From positions 1 to 26,129 of the IMG/VR virus record IMGVR_UViG_3300033076_000096: a stretch of DNA of 26,129 nt; one strand, written 5' to 3'. Origin of the DNA: a virus. Lineage: Duplodnaviria > Caudoviricetes. The translations under genes were made by a program, and so were the position numbers. This document shows, one piece after another, positions 25,629 through 26,129 of this stretch (positions are counted from its first letter, which is position 1; every line of letters starts with the position of its first letter). The notes beneath the pieces were generated by a model. That model did no database searches. It was not told the DNA's origin and worked only from the letters and a program-made list of their open reading frames with translations.

Positions 25629-25768
25629 TTGCCGAGCAAACCTTTCAGCGTTTTCAGCCCGCCGATGATCGATTTGGCCGCTTTCGCGCCCTTAATCACC
25701 TTGCCAACAGGCACACCTTCGACGTTCAGGTCGTCGAGCGGGTCTTTCTTGGGTTCTGGTTTCTTCAT
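25625..25768 (-). CDS. 47-aa Lys-rich peptide with an amphipathic C-terminal helix
   Basis: MKKPEPKKDPLDDLNVEGVPVGKVIKGAKAAKSIIGGLKTLKGLLGK. ATGA overlap upstream and GTGA overlap with terL, so it fills the gap exactly. Confidence 0.65.
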   Translation of the reverse strand: MKKPEPKKDPLDDLNVEGVPVGKVIKGAKAAKSIIGGLKTLKGLLGK

Positions 25769-25959
25769 GTGCGTCTTCCCATCGTCCAATTCGGCCTTAC
25801 ACGCAACTCGGGGTTGGGAACAGTCCAAATCGCCCCGTCCTCGTCGAGCGTTACCACCCAAAGGAGGTGGTGTTCCATCCCATAGTCGATGACAGCGAAA
25901 GCAAATCCCTTGCCTTTCACCGTCTCAACTGGGATCGGCGGGTTCAGTTGCGTCAGCAT
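25765..25959 (-). CDS. Hypothetical phage protein (64 aa, beta-rich)
   Basis: MLTQLNPPIPV.T.KG.G.A...IDYG.EH.L.WVV...G.IW..PN..R...N.TMGR looks like a folded small protein; co-directional and overlapping with its neighbours. Confidence 0.75.
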   Translation of the reverse strand: MLTQLNPPIPVETVKGKGFAFAVIDYGMEHHLLWVVTLDEDGAIWTVPNPELRVRPNWTMGRRT

Positions 25960-26128
25960 GAGTGTCGTAGAACTGCTTTTCGCTGTTCAGAAGGGCTTTT
26001 TCGCGCTCAGTTGTAAACTGATGGGTGTTTACGAGGAAATCAGGACGTTCCGAATAGGGTTTGATCCAACTCGGTTCATACCAACGAAGCCTGTTGCCTG
26101 GCATCGCAGCGATGTGGCCAGTGTCGAG
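25925..26128 (-). CDS. Hypothetical phage protein, C-terminal part (truncated by window end; not in the ORF track)
   Basis: Manual translation: LDTGHIAAMPGNRLRWYEPSWIKPYSERPDFLVNTHQFTTEREKALLNSEKQFYDTHADATEPADPS-stop, open to the window edge. Confidence 0.65.
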   Translation of the reverse strand, partial: LDTGHIAAMPGNRLRWYEPSWIKPYSERPDFLVNTHQFTTEREKALLNSEKQFYDTHADATEPADPS

Positions 26129-26129
26129 C

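Larger units (their letters stand above)
1..26129. mobile_element. Segment of a temperate podovirus-like phage genome, probably the non-integrated form
   Basis: Contains TerL, portal, capsid, tail, lysis, integrase, xis-like and PolA/VRR-NUC/SNF2 genes. No tape-measure or sheath gene is seen. Phage genes lie on both sides of the att-like region. Confidence 0.93.

Noticed and set aside
1-26129. tRNA, tmRNA or other structured RNA genes
   Set aside because: No cloverleaf or T-loop signature in the few intergenic gaps. A covariance-model scan would be needed to exclude antisense RNAs.

Overview
The whole window is a densely packed segment of a temperate, short-tailed (podovirus-like) dsDNA phage genome, with no host genes visible. 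The + strand (1-3044) carries a replication/control block: the C-terminus of a family A DNA polymerase, a VRR-NUC nuclease, an SNF2-type helicase, an XRE-HTH regulator with an atypical C-terminal domain, and an excisionase-like gene. The - strand carries one long morphogenesis block, read right to left: small ORFs, TerL, portal, scaffold, major capsid, adaptor, two tail-fibre modules with a lysis cassette between them, nozzle, and ejection-type proteins (one with a lytic transglycosylase). It ends with a DEDDy exonuclease, an AT-rich intergenic region that looks like an intact attP (4090-4309) and a tyrosine integrase. The most unusual items are (i) a repressor-like HTH fused to an apparently inactivated PD-(D/E)XK fold, with its own promoter and 17-bp operator and coupled to xis; (ii) the attP architecture, whose arm-like repeats overlap the int promoter and RBS; and (iii) a 47-aa cationic amphipathic peptide upstream of terL in a region where no spanin genes are visible. 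All family calls come from reading motifs by eye; no database searches were run. I cannot show that any of these is truly undescribed.
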